Part shown: in pieces, positions 52,157-63,870 of the stretch | Numbering within the stretch: the first letter of the stretch is position 1 | How the letters are laid out: each line of letters begins with the position of its first letter | Assembly (NCBI RefSeq): GCF_006345805.1 | Contig: NC_042997.1 | Span: 112,220,001 to 112,284,000 of the forward strand | Direction of reading: 5' to 3' | DNA length: 64,000 nt | DNA from: Octopus sinensis | Taxonomy: Eukaryota | The notes under the pieces: generated by a model | What the model was told of the DNA's origin: nothing | The model's input: only the letters and a program-made list of their open reading frames with translations | Database searches by the model: none | Program-made: the position numbers and the translations under genes

Positions 52157-52527
52157 CAGTTCTATATTTAAGAGATGAGGAATTATGCACATTATTTACA
52201 TTTGTCGGATATTTGTCCTCATCTTGTTTGTTGTTAACACAACGTTTCGGCTGATATATCCTCCAGCCTTCATCAGGTATCTTGGGGAAATTTCGAACCT
52301 GGGTTCTCATTCCTAAAGTATTTTTCGATGTTATTAATGTTGTTGTTGTTGTTGTTGTTGTTCAAGTCACTGCTTGGAATCGAACTCTCCGAGTTCAATT
52401 CCAGTCAGTAATCTGAATAATGAATAGCATCGAAAAATTCCTAAATAACTTAGGAATGAGAACCCAGGTTCGATATTTCCCCAAGACACCTGATGAAGGC
52501 TGGAGAGTATATCAGCCGAAACATGTT
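52157..52527. mobile_element. Second head-to-head dimer of the tRNA-head + hammerhead element
   Basis: Copies are joined at their B boxes (gaactc-tcc-gagttc, about 52380-52395). Minus copy body 52157-52335; plus copy body 52425-52527. Confidence 0.8.
52236..52281 (-). ncRNA. Minimal type-I hammerhead ribozyme motif (intact core)
   Basis: gatac-CTGATGA-a-GGCTG/gaggatatat/CAGCC-GAAA-cg-TT-gtgtt, with palindromic AACGTT at stem III. Confidence 0.75.
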
Positions 52528-52529
52528 AA

Positions 52530-52788
52530 CATGCAAGTAGCATGTCAAAAACATCTTTTGAGCATGGTCATTGCCAGAACTGCTCGAGTAGCCCTTATGC
52601 CAGTGACATGTAAAAGCACCCACTACACTCTCAAAGTGGTTGGCGTTAGGAAGAGTATCCAGCTGTAGAAACTTTGCCAGATCAGATTGAGCCTGGGGCA
52701 TCCTTCTGGCTCACCAGTCCTCAATCAAACCGTCCAACCCATGCCAGCATAGAAAGCAACTGTTAAACGATGATGATGATGATGATAA
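52530..52788 (+). mobile_element. RTE 3'-UTR fragment
   Basis: Conserved 3' block and GAT tail. Confidence 0.8.
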
Positions 52789-52792
52789 TATA

Positions 52793-54530
52793 TAGAAAAA
52801 ATAGAAGTTGAAAATGCACTGAGATTATTTAAAATTTTTTTATCATATTCAAAGATTTAACCAGTTTCACAGTTTACAATGATTTCCAAAAGTTGAAATA
52901 GAAAGACGTGGCTTATGCTGCAACTGTCTTGCTTCTGGCTAGTGTTTGAAGCTTGCCCTATTTTCATAGGAAGTGCATGGCTCAGATTAGTACATGTTTT
53001 GGCTAGGACTTGATTGGTAAAGGATAGTCACATGACTATCTGCCTTGATTTGAATTTGTACGTTGTGTCTTCAATAATGCTGATGCATGTCCTGTAATTG
53101 GGGTATCCACACTTTCTGACTGTTGATGTAGGAATTAGAGTGTAATTAGAGTGCCTATGTCCATATGTTAATGTCTGTGTGTTAATGTCAAGTGACAATG
53201 TTTAGTGTTGTAAGTCAAAGCTGACTCAGTTGAGTGAACATGTCTAGTGACAGTACCAAACAATCAATGCTCTGTATGTTTTCTGTCAAGTGTTGTAGAG
53301 AATGATCATATGATTCAAGTTTAGAATCTTTTGTATGTTTCCCACAATGTCCATACATTAGTGTCATGTGATGATATATTTTGCACAGAAAATTAAGGCT
53401 GACATGGTTGAGTGAACATGTTTAGTTACAGTCAAGGCACTCTAATTACAGTTAAATTACCTTCCCCAATTCCTATACCAACAGTCAGAAAGTGTGGACA
53501 CCCCAATTGCAGGACATGCATCAGCCTTATTGAAGACACAACATACAAATTCAAATCAAGACAGATTTTTACCATTAAAAAATCATCCTACATTTTCTCC
53601 AAAAAATTTAATATATGTTATTAAATGTCAAGGATGTAATGAAGATTACATTGGTCAAACAAAGCTTACTTTCAGAAATAGACTGACCATTCACTGACTA
53701 CAAAAATGAAACTCCAGCACTAGACAGATTCCACTGAGTGGACACATAGACATATGTACAAAAAATAAGTCCCTCAAATTCCAGTTCTTCCCACTCTACC
53801 TTTTTTCAGTGAATACCACAGATGAAACATAGATAATCAGAGAAAATACATTCATGCAAAAATACAAACTAAGATTTAACAAACCTTAATGGAGTACATA
53901 CACAAATAACTATTCACACAAAAAACTCGTTCTGCCACTTAACAAGTGAATCTACACAGCTAACAACCTAAACTTTAGCCACTGGACTACATACAAATGA
54001 TGCTTGTCCACTCTTCCATCTGGCAGATTAAATCTAGAGTGCCTTGACTATAAACTTGTTCACTCAATTGTGTTGGCCTTAATTTTCAGTGCAAAATATA
54101 CTGTCATGGGACACTAACACATGGACATTGTGGGAAATGTACAAAAGGTTCTAAACTTGAATCCCATGATCATTCTCTACAATACTTGACAGAAAACATT
54201 CACAGCATTGATTATTTTGTACTGTCACTTGACATTAACATATGGACATAGCGGGGAGCCTACAAAAATTTCCAAGACAGATAGTCATGTGACTATCCTT
54301 TACCAATCAAGTCCTAGCCAAAACATGTACTAATCTGAGCCATGCACTTCCTATGAAAATAGGGCAAGCTTCAAACACTAGTAAGAAGTAGGACAGTTGC
54401 AGCATAAGCCACGTCTTTATTTCAACTTTTGGAAATTAATGTAAACTGTGAAACTGGTTAAATCTTTGAATATGATAAAAATTTTTAAATAATCTCAGTG
54501 CATTTTCAACTTCTATTTTTTCTATATTCC
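52793..54530 (+). mobile_element. Penelope-like element remnant: GIY-YIG endonuclease between inverted pLTRs
   Basis: 53470-53890 reads KCGHPNCRTC…NLIYVIKCQGCNEDYIGQT…RL.IH…LSGH. 52793-53445 is inverted relative to 54025-54530. Confidence 0.85.
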
Positions 54531-55919
54531 TACCTGTGTGGAATAAAATAACTTTATATATATATATATATGTGATGTGTTGTGGATTTATGGAAAGAAA
54601 TCCCATAAAACTCAACAATTTTGTTAAAAATGGAGACGAGAGGGTGTTAAAATACATAAGAGTATTTTAATTCATGCAGATGATGAGTTCATGCAGATAT
54701 AAAATTCATGCAAATTCATGGTTGAATTAAATTGATTAAATTAATTATATATCACAGTACTCTTCAGTGGAAAAAGTATAAACAAATTTTTTACAAAGGA
54801 CTTGATAAAGGAAATAGCAGAATAGAATCTAGGAGATTCATATTTATCCTTATGAGAAACAAAGAGATGTGAGAGTGTTAGGTATTAACTAAAACTCCAG
54901 TTAGGTAGGTATTAACCATAACTAAAGGCTATAATGGCTATTTGAAAATATAAATAAAAGAGGTTTCAAATATGATCCCTCTATTGATGAGTGTATATAT
55001 ATATAGTTAATCCAAACATGAAAACACAAAGAGAAAACACAACTCGAGGACGTGGAACAAGTATAGTGTTATTGGACACTCAAGAAAGGAAAGAAATATA
55101 TATGGTGGGCTCCTATCACTTTCTGTTTACTAAATATACTCGGAAGATTTAATCAAACTTGGGGCTATAGTAGAAGACACTTGTCCAAGATGCCAAACTG
55201 TAGGACAGAACCTGATACCAGAGGAACAACCAAAATACCTGAAGCCTCATCGAGTACATAAGTACATTGTAGAGTGCAGGAATGGCTGATATGAAATGAA
55301 GGTGAGTTGCAGACCAGTTCAACATAGGCCAGAATGGAGGAGGGGTGGGGGCAAAAAACAGTTGAAATACTGATGTTGCTGATAATATAGGAAATGGTGG
55401 TGGGGATACTGGTGTCGGTGGGTTGTATCTGTAGTAGTGGTGGTGGTGATGGTGAGAGTGCTGGTAGTTGTGCTATCATTGGGGGTGGGGCTGTTGCTGC
55501 TGCTGCTGCTTGTGTTTGATGTTGGTAGTGGTGGTGGTGCTGCTTTATGGTGGTAGTGGTGATGATGATGATGATGAAGGTGATGAATAAGAAATTACTT
55601 TAATGAATACCATGTATTGATTTTCTCAAGATCATAACAGTTTGATAAATTAGCAGAAGCTTTATGGTCATTTTTTTTACAGGGTGATGAGTGGGTTGTA
55701 TGGAGTAAGAAGTTGTGAAAGTCATTACTTTCCATCCACCTCATTAAGATCAGTAGTGACATCGACAGAATAAATAAATTCCATTGTGCAACTCAAACCA
55801 AGTAGCAGACTTCATTCATCAACAACCTCCTCTCAAAATATCCATTCCCATCCTTTCTACTAAGGATTTTTTACCTTGGCAGAGTTGATAAAATATAAGG
55901 ATTACCATATTTGATGTTA

Positions 55920-56340
55920 TTGTTGCCAGTGCCACAGATTGGCTCCCGTGCCGGTGGCATGTAAAAAGCACCATTCAAGCGTGATCGTTGCCAGCGTCAC
56001 CTTACTGGCACATGTGCCGGTGACACGTGAAAAACAACATTCGAGTGTCGTCGCTGCCAGTGCCGCCAGGCTGGCTCCTCTGCAGGTAGCACATAAAAAA
56101 CATCTTTTGAGCATGGTTATTGCTAGAACCACCTGACTGGCCTTTGTGCCGGTGGCATGTAAAAGCACCCACTGCACTCTCAGAGTGGTTGGCGTTAGGA
56201 AGGGCATCCAGCTGTAGAAACTTTGCCAGATCAGATCGGAGCCTGGTGCAACCTTCTGGTTCACCAGTCCTCAGTCAAACCATCCAACCCATGCTAGTAT
56301 GAAAAGCAGACATTTAACGACAATGATGATGATGATGATA
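55920..56340 (+). mobile_element. RTE 3'-UTR fragment
   Basis: Tandem units, 3' conserved block and GAT tail. Confidence 0.8.
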
Positions 56341-56389
56341 AGAGGCACTTTTTTTCTCCAAAAGCTGTCTCAATATTCACCTCAGGTTC

Positions 56390-56920
56390 TAAGGCAGTGA
56401 GCTGACAGAAACTTTAGCACGCTGGGTGAAATGCTTAGCGATATTTTGTCTGTCTTTACGTTCTGAGTTCAAATTCCACCGAGGTTGACTTTGCCTTTCA
56501 TCCTTTTGAGGTTGATAAATTAAGTATCAGTTGTGTACTGGAGTCAATCTAATTGACTGGCTCCTCCCCCAAAATTTTGGACCTTGTGCCTAGAGTAGAA
56601 AAGAAAAGAATATTCACCTCAGGTTCTGTATGCAAGGTTGCATCATATATTACATGCTTTGGTAGATGGAAACTAAAGAAGCCTGTTGTGTGTGTGTGTT
56701 TGACCCTCCCTCCACACCATACCACACTGCTTGACAACCAGTATTAGTATATTTATGTCCCTGTAACTTAGCAGTCCAACTAAAGAGACCAATAGAATCA
56801 GTACCAGTTTTAAAACAAAAAATAGGTACTAGAGTCGATTTGTTTGATTAAAAATTCTTCAAGGTGGTGCCCCAGCATGGCCACAGTCTAATGATTGAAA
56901 CAAGTAAAAAGAAAAAGACC
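56390..56920 (+). mobile_element. SINE B (56390-56600) followed by partial SINE A
   Basis: Same motifs as the other copies. Confidence 0.75.
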
Positions 56921-57489
56921 TGCTGCTGAAACTGGAATGTGTTTAAAATGCCCATGCATCTTTTATTACATCAAATACGGTCCCTCAAGTTCAAGGTGGT
57001 TTAGATACCTCACCACCTTTGCCTCACTCAAAATGTGTGATCTTATGCCTCTGTTGGAAGTTATAACTTATAGTTAGTTATGCTCTTTTATGTTCTGAGT
57101 TCAAATCCTCCTTGGACCATTTACGGTTTATTCGCTTATGGTTTTATAAAAAGCAACAACAAAACAACTACTAGTCCAGTTGTGAGGCTCATATAACTGG
57201 CTATACACCCCTCTCTAAAATGTCCTGTTAATTTCTTTTATGTTTTGACTTCAAATCCTTCCTTTCATCCCCTGAGGTCAGTATCCTTCCAGTAATGTTG
57301 GATGATATAGTTACTCTGCTTCTCTAAAACACCTGTCATTATGTCTGTATTAGATCTTGTAACCTATATTTCATCAAGTCCTTTTATATTTTGTTTTCAA
57401 ATACTACCTTTTATCCTCCTGGATTCTGTACCATTTCCATAATAGGGGATGATATAACTAACTATACCCAGCTGTCTAATATGTTTGTC

Positions 57490-57802
57490 CAGGGCTGGCC
57501 AATCTGAGGCCTGTGGACTGCATGTGGCCCACAGACTTGATGCTTTCTTGAAATGGGTTTATTTAAACAAGCATTTTAAAAATTTTATCAAAAATTAAAG
57601 ATTGTAATGAAAAGTAAAATGGAAAGATACTACTGTTTTTGCAACAATAATATTTCATGTTGAATCAATGATCATTTGTTCGTTATTATAATAATAGCAT
57701 GAGAAAGCAAAATGCTTTCAATTCTGTCGGTGTACAAGTGGCCCTTAAAAAATTTTCTGTGATTAAAGTGGCCCGGAATGTAATTCAAGTTGGCCAGGCC
57801 TC
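57490..57802. mobile_element. hAT/Charlie-like MITE
   Basis: cagggctggccaa / ttggccaggcctc termini with a near-perfect 8-bp duplication tgtttgtc / tgtttgtt. Confidence 0.6.
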
Positions 57803-58489
57803 TGTTTGTTATATCTATGTTAAGAATATTCACATTCAATTCTTTAAGAATCAGATTCCAAATTATTATAATTTAATTATTTCTATCTTTCTAGTAATAT
57901 TGTGTGTTTTTGTCAAATTTTGTTTCATTGAAAAGGAAGTTCACATGCCAACCACATAATTGAGGATTCAGTTCCAAGGAGCACTTTGGATAGTGTCTTC
58001 TTTTATAAATCTGGACTGGTCAAAGCCTTGTGAGTAGACTTGGCAGATGGAAACTGAAAGAAGCCCTTCAATATATCATCATCATCATCGAATGTCTGTT
58101 TTCCATGCTAGTATAGTTTGGATAGTCCAGCAGGATCCAATGAACCAGAGAACTACATCAACTCCAATGTGTGGTTTGGCATCATGGGTTTTATGGTTGG
58201 ATGCCCTGGTTTGTGTGTGTGTGTGTGTGAATGAGTTTGTGTTTCCCTCATCTTCCACTGTGTTTGCTGTTTCTAAATAAAAGGTTCATTCGTATGCTGT
58301 TGTTTGCTTCCATTTCTCCACATAACCATATCTGGGTTGTTTGTTGTTCAACAGCTGAAGAGAGATAAATTAGCTTGCTTGGAAACAAGAGAAGGTTGGC
58401 AACAGGAAGGACATTTGGCTGTAGAAAACTCTGCCCAACATAATTCATTTGACTCATGTAAGCATGGAAAAGTAGACATTGAAACATTG

Positions 58490-59000
58490 ATGATGTTAAT
58501 GATGATAATAGTGATGGTGGTGGTGATGATGACAATAACGGTGCTGATGATGGCGATGATAATGCTGTGATGACAATGATCATGGTGCTGATGGTGGTGG
58601 TGGTGGTAGTGGTGGTGGTGGTGACAGTAATGATGGCGATGATGATAATAGTGGTGGTGGTAGTGGTGATGATGATGACAATGATCATGGTGCTGATGAT
58701 GGTGGTAGTGGTGGTGGTGGTGACAGTAATGATGGCGATGATGATGGTGGTGGTGGTAGTGGTGGTGATGATGATGATGACAATGATGGTAGTGGTAGTA
58801 GTGACAGTAATGGCAATGATGATGATGGTGGTGGTAATAGTGGTGATGATGACAATGATGGTGATGATGATTGTGGCGGTGGTGGTGGTGGTGACGGTGA
58901 TGACCGATAATTATGGTGGTGATGATGGCTATGATGAAGATGATGATCAGATCGATGGGGATGATGATTATACAACGATGACGACAACGATGATGATATA
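58490..59000. repeat. GAT/GGT trinucleotide array with higher-order units
   Basis: tgacaatgat recurs at 58571, 58676, 58778 and 58850. Confidence 0.9.
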
Positions 59001-59399
59001 ACATTTTTGTCATGTCAGAAACTAGAAAATTACTTGTGTTATCTCATAAATGTACAGAAATGTGTTCATAGCACAACACCAACAACGGCTGCTGCTACTA
59101 CTACTACTACCACCACCACCACTCAGAAAGACATGTGTAGGAAGTTTGAGATAAATATAAATGTTCAAGTAAAATTTAGAATAAAAGGCTACAACAGACA
59201 ATAGGGGGATCTGTTAAGAGAGCTTCAAGTACATATTTGTTTTAAAGATAAGCTTTTGCAATGAGGTACCAACTTGTGGTTTTTTTATATATATATAACT
59301 ACCTCATACAGTTTTCTCATCTTCCCAAGTTTTTTTTTTTTTTGGTGGGGAGAGGAGGATACATTGCACACATGCATATATACATACACATATATTCTT

Positions 59400-59897
59400 T
59401 TATTCTTTTACTTGTTTCAGTCATTTGACTGCGGCCATGCTGGAGTACTGCCTTTATTCGAGCAAATCCACCCCAGGACTTGTTCTTTGTAAGCCTTTTT
59501 GCCAAACTATCGGTCCTTTTTGCCAAACTGCTAAGTTACGGGGACGTAAACACACCAGCATCAGTTGTCAAGGGATGTTGGGGGGGGGGGGGCAAACACA
59601 GATACACACACACACACACACATACATACATATATATATATCGTGCTAGCATGGAAAATGGATGTTAAACGATGATGATGATATATATATATATCATGAT
59701 ATATATATATGTATATATATACACACACACACACACACATAAATACGATGGGCGTATTTTGGTTTCCATCTACCAAATCCATTCACAAGGCTTTGGTCGG
59801 CTTGAGGCTATAGTAGAAGACACTTGCCCAAGGTGCCACGCAATGGGACTGAACCCAGAACCATGTGGTTGGGAAACAAGCTACTTACCACACAGCC
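59400..59897 (-). mobile_element. SINE family A, interrupted
   Basis: Homologous to 9951-10345, with a short insertion. Confidence 0.8.
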
Positions 59898-60752
59898 ACA
59901 AAAAAAAAATTTCCTTCTCAAGCCTTGCCAGGCTCATGAGGGCCGTTTTCCCAGTTTCAATAGCATATATATAGTTACCTCTTGGATGGGATGCTGGCCT
60001 GTCACAGGAATACTCATTTTTGCCAGCTGAGTGGACTGGAGCAATGTGAAATGAAGTGTTTTGCTCAAGAACACAACACATTTCCTGGTCCAGGAATTGA
60101 AACCACAATCATGAGTCCAACACCCTAACCACTAAGCTACATTCCTCCACTACATATATATTCATGTACGTACACACACACACATATATACTATCATCAT
60201 TGGTTGCATGGATCAGATGAAATTCATTGGGACAGGTTTTCTCTGGCTGGGTGCCCTTCCTATCATCAACCCTTAACCCATACTTTCCAAGTAAGATTAT
60301 GTTTCACCATGGTCGAACAGGTTTTCACAAGAAACTAGGAATGAGAAAATAAACTTGTATGACCATGATGTTTGTTTATAACTATCATGTGATATCGAAG
60401 CAAGAGGACATGAACACACACACAAATGACTGGCTTCTTTCAGTTTTTATGTTCAAAATTATCTATAAGGCTCTGATCAGTCCAAAGCTGTAGTAGAAGG
60501 CACTTGCCCAAGGTGCCACACAGTGGGACTGAACCTGAAACCATGTGGTTGGTAAGCAAACTTTTAACCCATGCAACCACACTTGTGCCTATAATTTTAT
60601 AGAAACACACTGTTTGTTAATGTCCATGTAAGCATTTCATGAAGCTTGCAAATTTCCATATTTTAGACAGAAAATAATATAATATCCCTCATATTTCTTT
60701 TTTGCTAAAAACGTAACCATAGCAAATGGATGGTAAATTATGATATATATTT

Positions 60753-60788
<36 letters not shown>

Positions 60789-60789
60789 T

Positions 60790-61860
60790 AAACAGTAAAA
60801 ATAATTACAGACATGGACAAGAACATGAAACACCACAGAGACGACACAAGAACCACAGGACGGGACATTCGAAGCCCTCAGTCATCAGTCAAGAACCAGA
60901 TCATCTTAGCAATTTCGGCTGATTAATCTTGAGATTGCTCCGATATGGCCAGCCCGCCAAGGGAAATCTAAGCCAAGCGCATTAGATCCCCTGGAAGAAA
61001 GCTTCGAATGTATACAACGCGAGGACGGAAAACGAACGAAGTACACAAACAAAAATACAGAATACGTGACACCAATAAGAATACAAAAACGTAAAAACAA
61101 TAACGGTAAAAATAAAAAATAAACAACAAAACAAAACCAGGACGTAGGACAAGGGTCTTTCGACAGGACATATATATAAATCCTGGGACACTTAAGCAAT
61201 ATTTAGCTATCTTGTAATTATTCCCCTAGATTTTCCTATAAATTGTAAACTCTCTCTCTCTCTCTCACTCTCCCCACAACCCCCACTCTACCCCCAGCCG
61301 AACCCACATCCTAACTGGGCTTTCCCCACTCTCGCCCCCCACCTCCCCACAACATCACACCACACTACACTATACAACATTACACATCACATCACAACAC
61401 ACCACCCACAGCACACCGCCCACACACCCATCCCCACATCTTTACACCTACACATACATACACATATCACATCACAACACACCACCCACACACCCATCCC
61501 CACACATACATACACACGTCCAGATCACCAGCCCTCTTTCACACGCACATACATATTCTCTTATACACACATGCACCTTTGTGTTGGGGCTACCTTCGTT
61601 TTGGAAGTCACTTGACCCTGTTATCTCCCCTACTGTCCCTCTAGTGTCTGACCTCTGCCCGAAGTCAGAACGCCATTATAGATCGTTAGCTCCTACACGC
61701 ATTTTTTTTCTCTCCTGTTTTTTTTCTGTGTATCTTTCTGTCGAAGAGCGTAGGCTCGAAACGTAAAAGACTTGTTCTATTTCTATTCCTGAGCGCCATA
61801 CTATTACATTTGTTTGTTTGTACTCCACCTGCCTTCGTTTTTTGTTTATTTTCGTAAACC
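60790..61860. mobile_element. CpG-rich young element(s) ending in a Penelope-like pLTR with variant hammerhead
   Basis: 61680-61850 is homologous to 33478-33655. 60790-61190 is CpG-rich with a CTGATGA on the minus strand, and a CA-rich spacer lies between the two parts. Confidence 0.55.
61733..61770 (+). ncRNA. Hammerhead-like motif with non-canonical core CUGUCGA
   Basis: tcttt-CTGTCGA-a-GAGC/gtag/GCTC-GAAA-cg-TA-aaaga: perfect stems I and II, position 6 is U instead of A. Confidence 0.55.
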
Positions 61861-61865
61861 TTCCC

Positions 61866-61911
<46 letters not shown>

Positions 61912-62387
61912 ATGGGCTTTTACACTTCTTCCATCTACCATTTGGTATGTGTCTTTGTGTGTGTGTGTGTGTTTCCATCCCAAAGTGGTATGACACTCAC
62001 ATGTGAGTGTAATAGGCTTGTATAGAAATGGTAACAGTTTGCTTGAGGACATGAATCTAAAAAGCGCTAGAAGTTTGTACAGAACATAGATAATTTTAAT
62101 TACACCAAGATATATGTCCCTTCTGCATGCAAACAGATATGTTTAATGACCAAAAATAAATTAATTATCATAAAATGATTCTGAAATAAAATTTTAATTT
62201 AACATATAATTACATTTGTTTCAATAATTATTCTTGCTTTCTCCAATTAGAATGTAAGATAAAGATTTAAAATATATATATTCCAAACATGATGTTTGAC
62301 ATAAAACAGAGAATTTCAAAGGGAGTGAAACATTTGCAGAGGTTATTGATGAAATATTTCTCTTTTAGAACTTAGATACTTTAGTGC

Positions 62388-62452
<65 letters not shown>

Positions 62453-63004
62453 ATGTGTGTGAGTGTGCAAGTGATCCATCTGTCTCTCTGTATTTGTTTC
62501 TTGTGTGTGTGTGTGTGTTTTAAACTGTAAAACAGTGTTGCTGTATGCATTAAGTAAACTCTTCACACAGATTTGTGTTGTAATAAACGGAAGAGTATCT
62601 GATCAATAATTGAAAAATTATTGGTTCAGTTCAGTTCTGAGCTATAAATGCCACTTAGATATTTCTGTTGGCATTGATATTGAATAAATAACTTTGTTTC
62701 TTTGAGAATGAGCTTGTGTGTATGTGTGTGAGTGTGTATACATGTAAGTACACACACACACACATATGCACACATACATGCACACACATGCACGAGCGCA
62801 CATATATACATGCACACTGACACACACATGCACACAAACACACACACACATACACATGCACACACACATGCACACCCACACACACACACAAACTTATATA
62901 GATATGTATATGTGTATGTTTAGTGCTGACTGTTAGAAAAAAAAGAGTACTTGATATTGTAGTAGAGATTAATATTTCTATTTTGGTTGAGTCAGTCACT
63001 TGCT

Positions 63005-63870
63005 ACTCTGAGTGCTTGTCGTTGACTATGTGCTATGTATGTCAGTTGATCCCATTTCTGGCAAGGGCTTTGAAATAAAACCTATAAGAAGTTCCAGACA
63101 CCCAGCTGAATACTTGACAGACACTGACTTTGCTGACGACATCGCTCTTATCAGTGATTCTCTCTCCAATGCCCAGTCTCTTTTACAATCTCTCGAACAA
63201 GCCTCAAATTGTGTAGGGCTTTACCTCAATGAGGCCAAGACTGAATATATAAACAAGTGCCTGTCCAACAGTGATTGCATCATCCATACTCTCAACAATG
63301 CGCCCTTAAATATGGTTTCTGATTACAAATATCTTGGGTCATACATATCATCATCTGGAAAAGATTTTCTAACTAGAAAGGGTATGGTCTGGTCAGCCTG
63401 TAATGACATGCATAAGATCTGGTCATCAAATCTAAGTAGAGACTTCAAACTTGAAATCTTCAAAGCCACAGTCGAACCAATTCTACTATATGGCTCAGAA
63501 ACCTGGACGTTATCAAAGAAGCTTGAGAGGCGGTTGGATGGAACCTACACTCGCCTCCTTATGAGAGCTCAAAATCTTTCGTGGAAGCGTCATCCAACCA
63601 AAATGCAAATATATAGGAAACTACCACCTGTGTCATCTCTTGTGAAAGGTAGGAGAGTCCAGTTTGCTGGACATTGTTGTAGAGCTGAAAACGAGGCAAT
63701 TTCTACTCTTCTCCTCTGGAAGCCATCTACTCGCAATACCAGAGGGCGCACACTCTCCTATCCTGATGTAATCTCCAGGGATACAGACATCCAGCAACAG
63801 GACCTCCGTAATGCTATGATGGACCGTGAAGTCTGGCGTAGCATGGTAAATGATGATCTGCCTGTGCGTA
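63005..63870 (+). mobile_element. 5'-truncated RTE/RTEX-like LINE, RT C-terminal half with open frame
   Basis: DTDFADDIAL, DYKYLGSYI, LLYGSETW and RRVQFAGHC motifs. Confidence 0.9.

Noticed and set aside
58348-59013. 221-aa His/Cys/Tyr-rich ORF (and Val/Met-rich ORF on the other strand)
   Set aside because: Translation of a GAT/GGT triplet array that is open in several frames, with no splice or start context.
61995-62060. Minus-strand exon ending at a GTGAGT donor
   Set aside because: The donor lies in a 16-bp palindrome (cactcacatgtgagtg) that gives the same signal on both strands, and there is no supporting homology.
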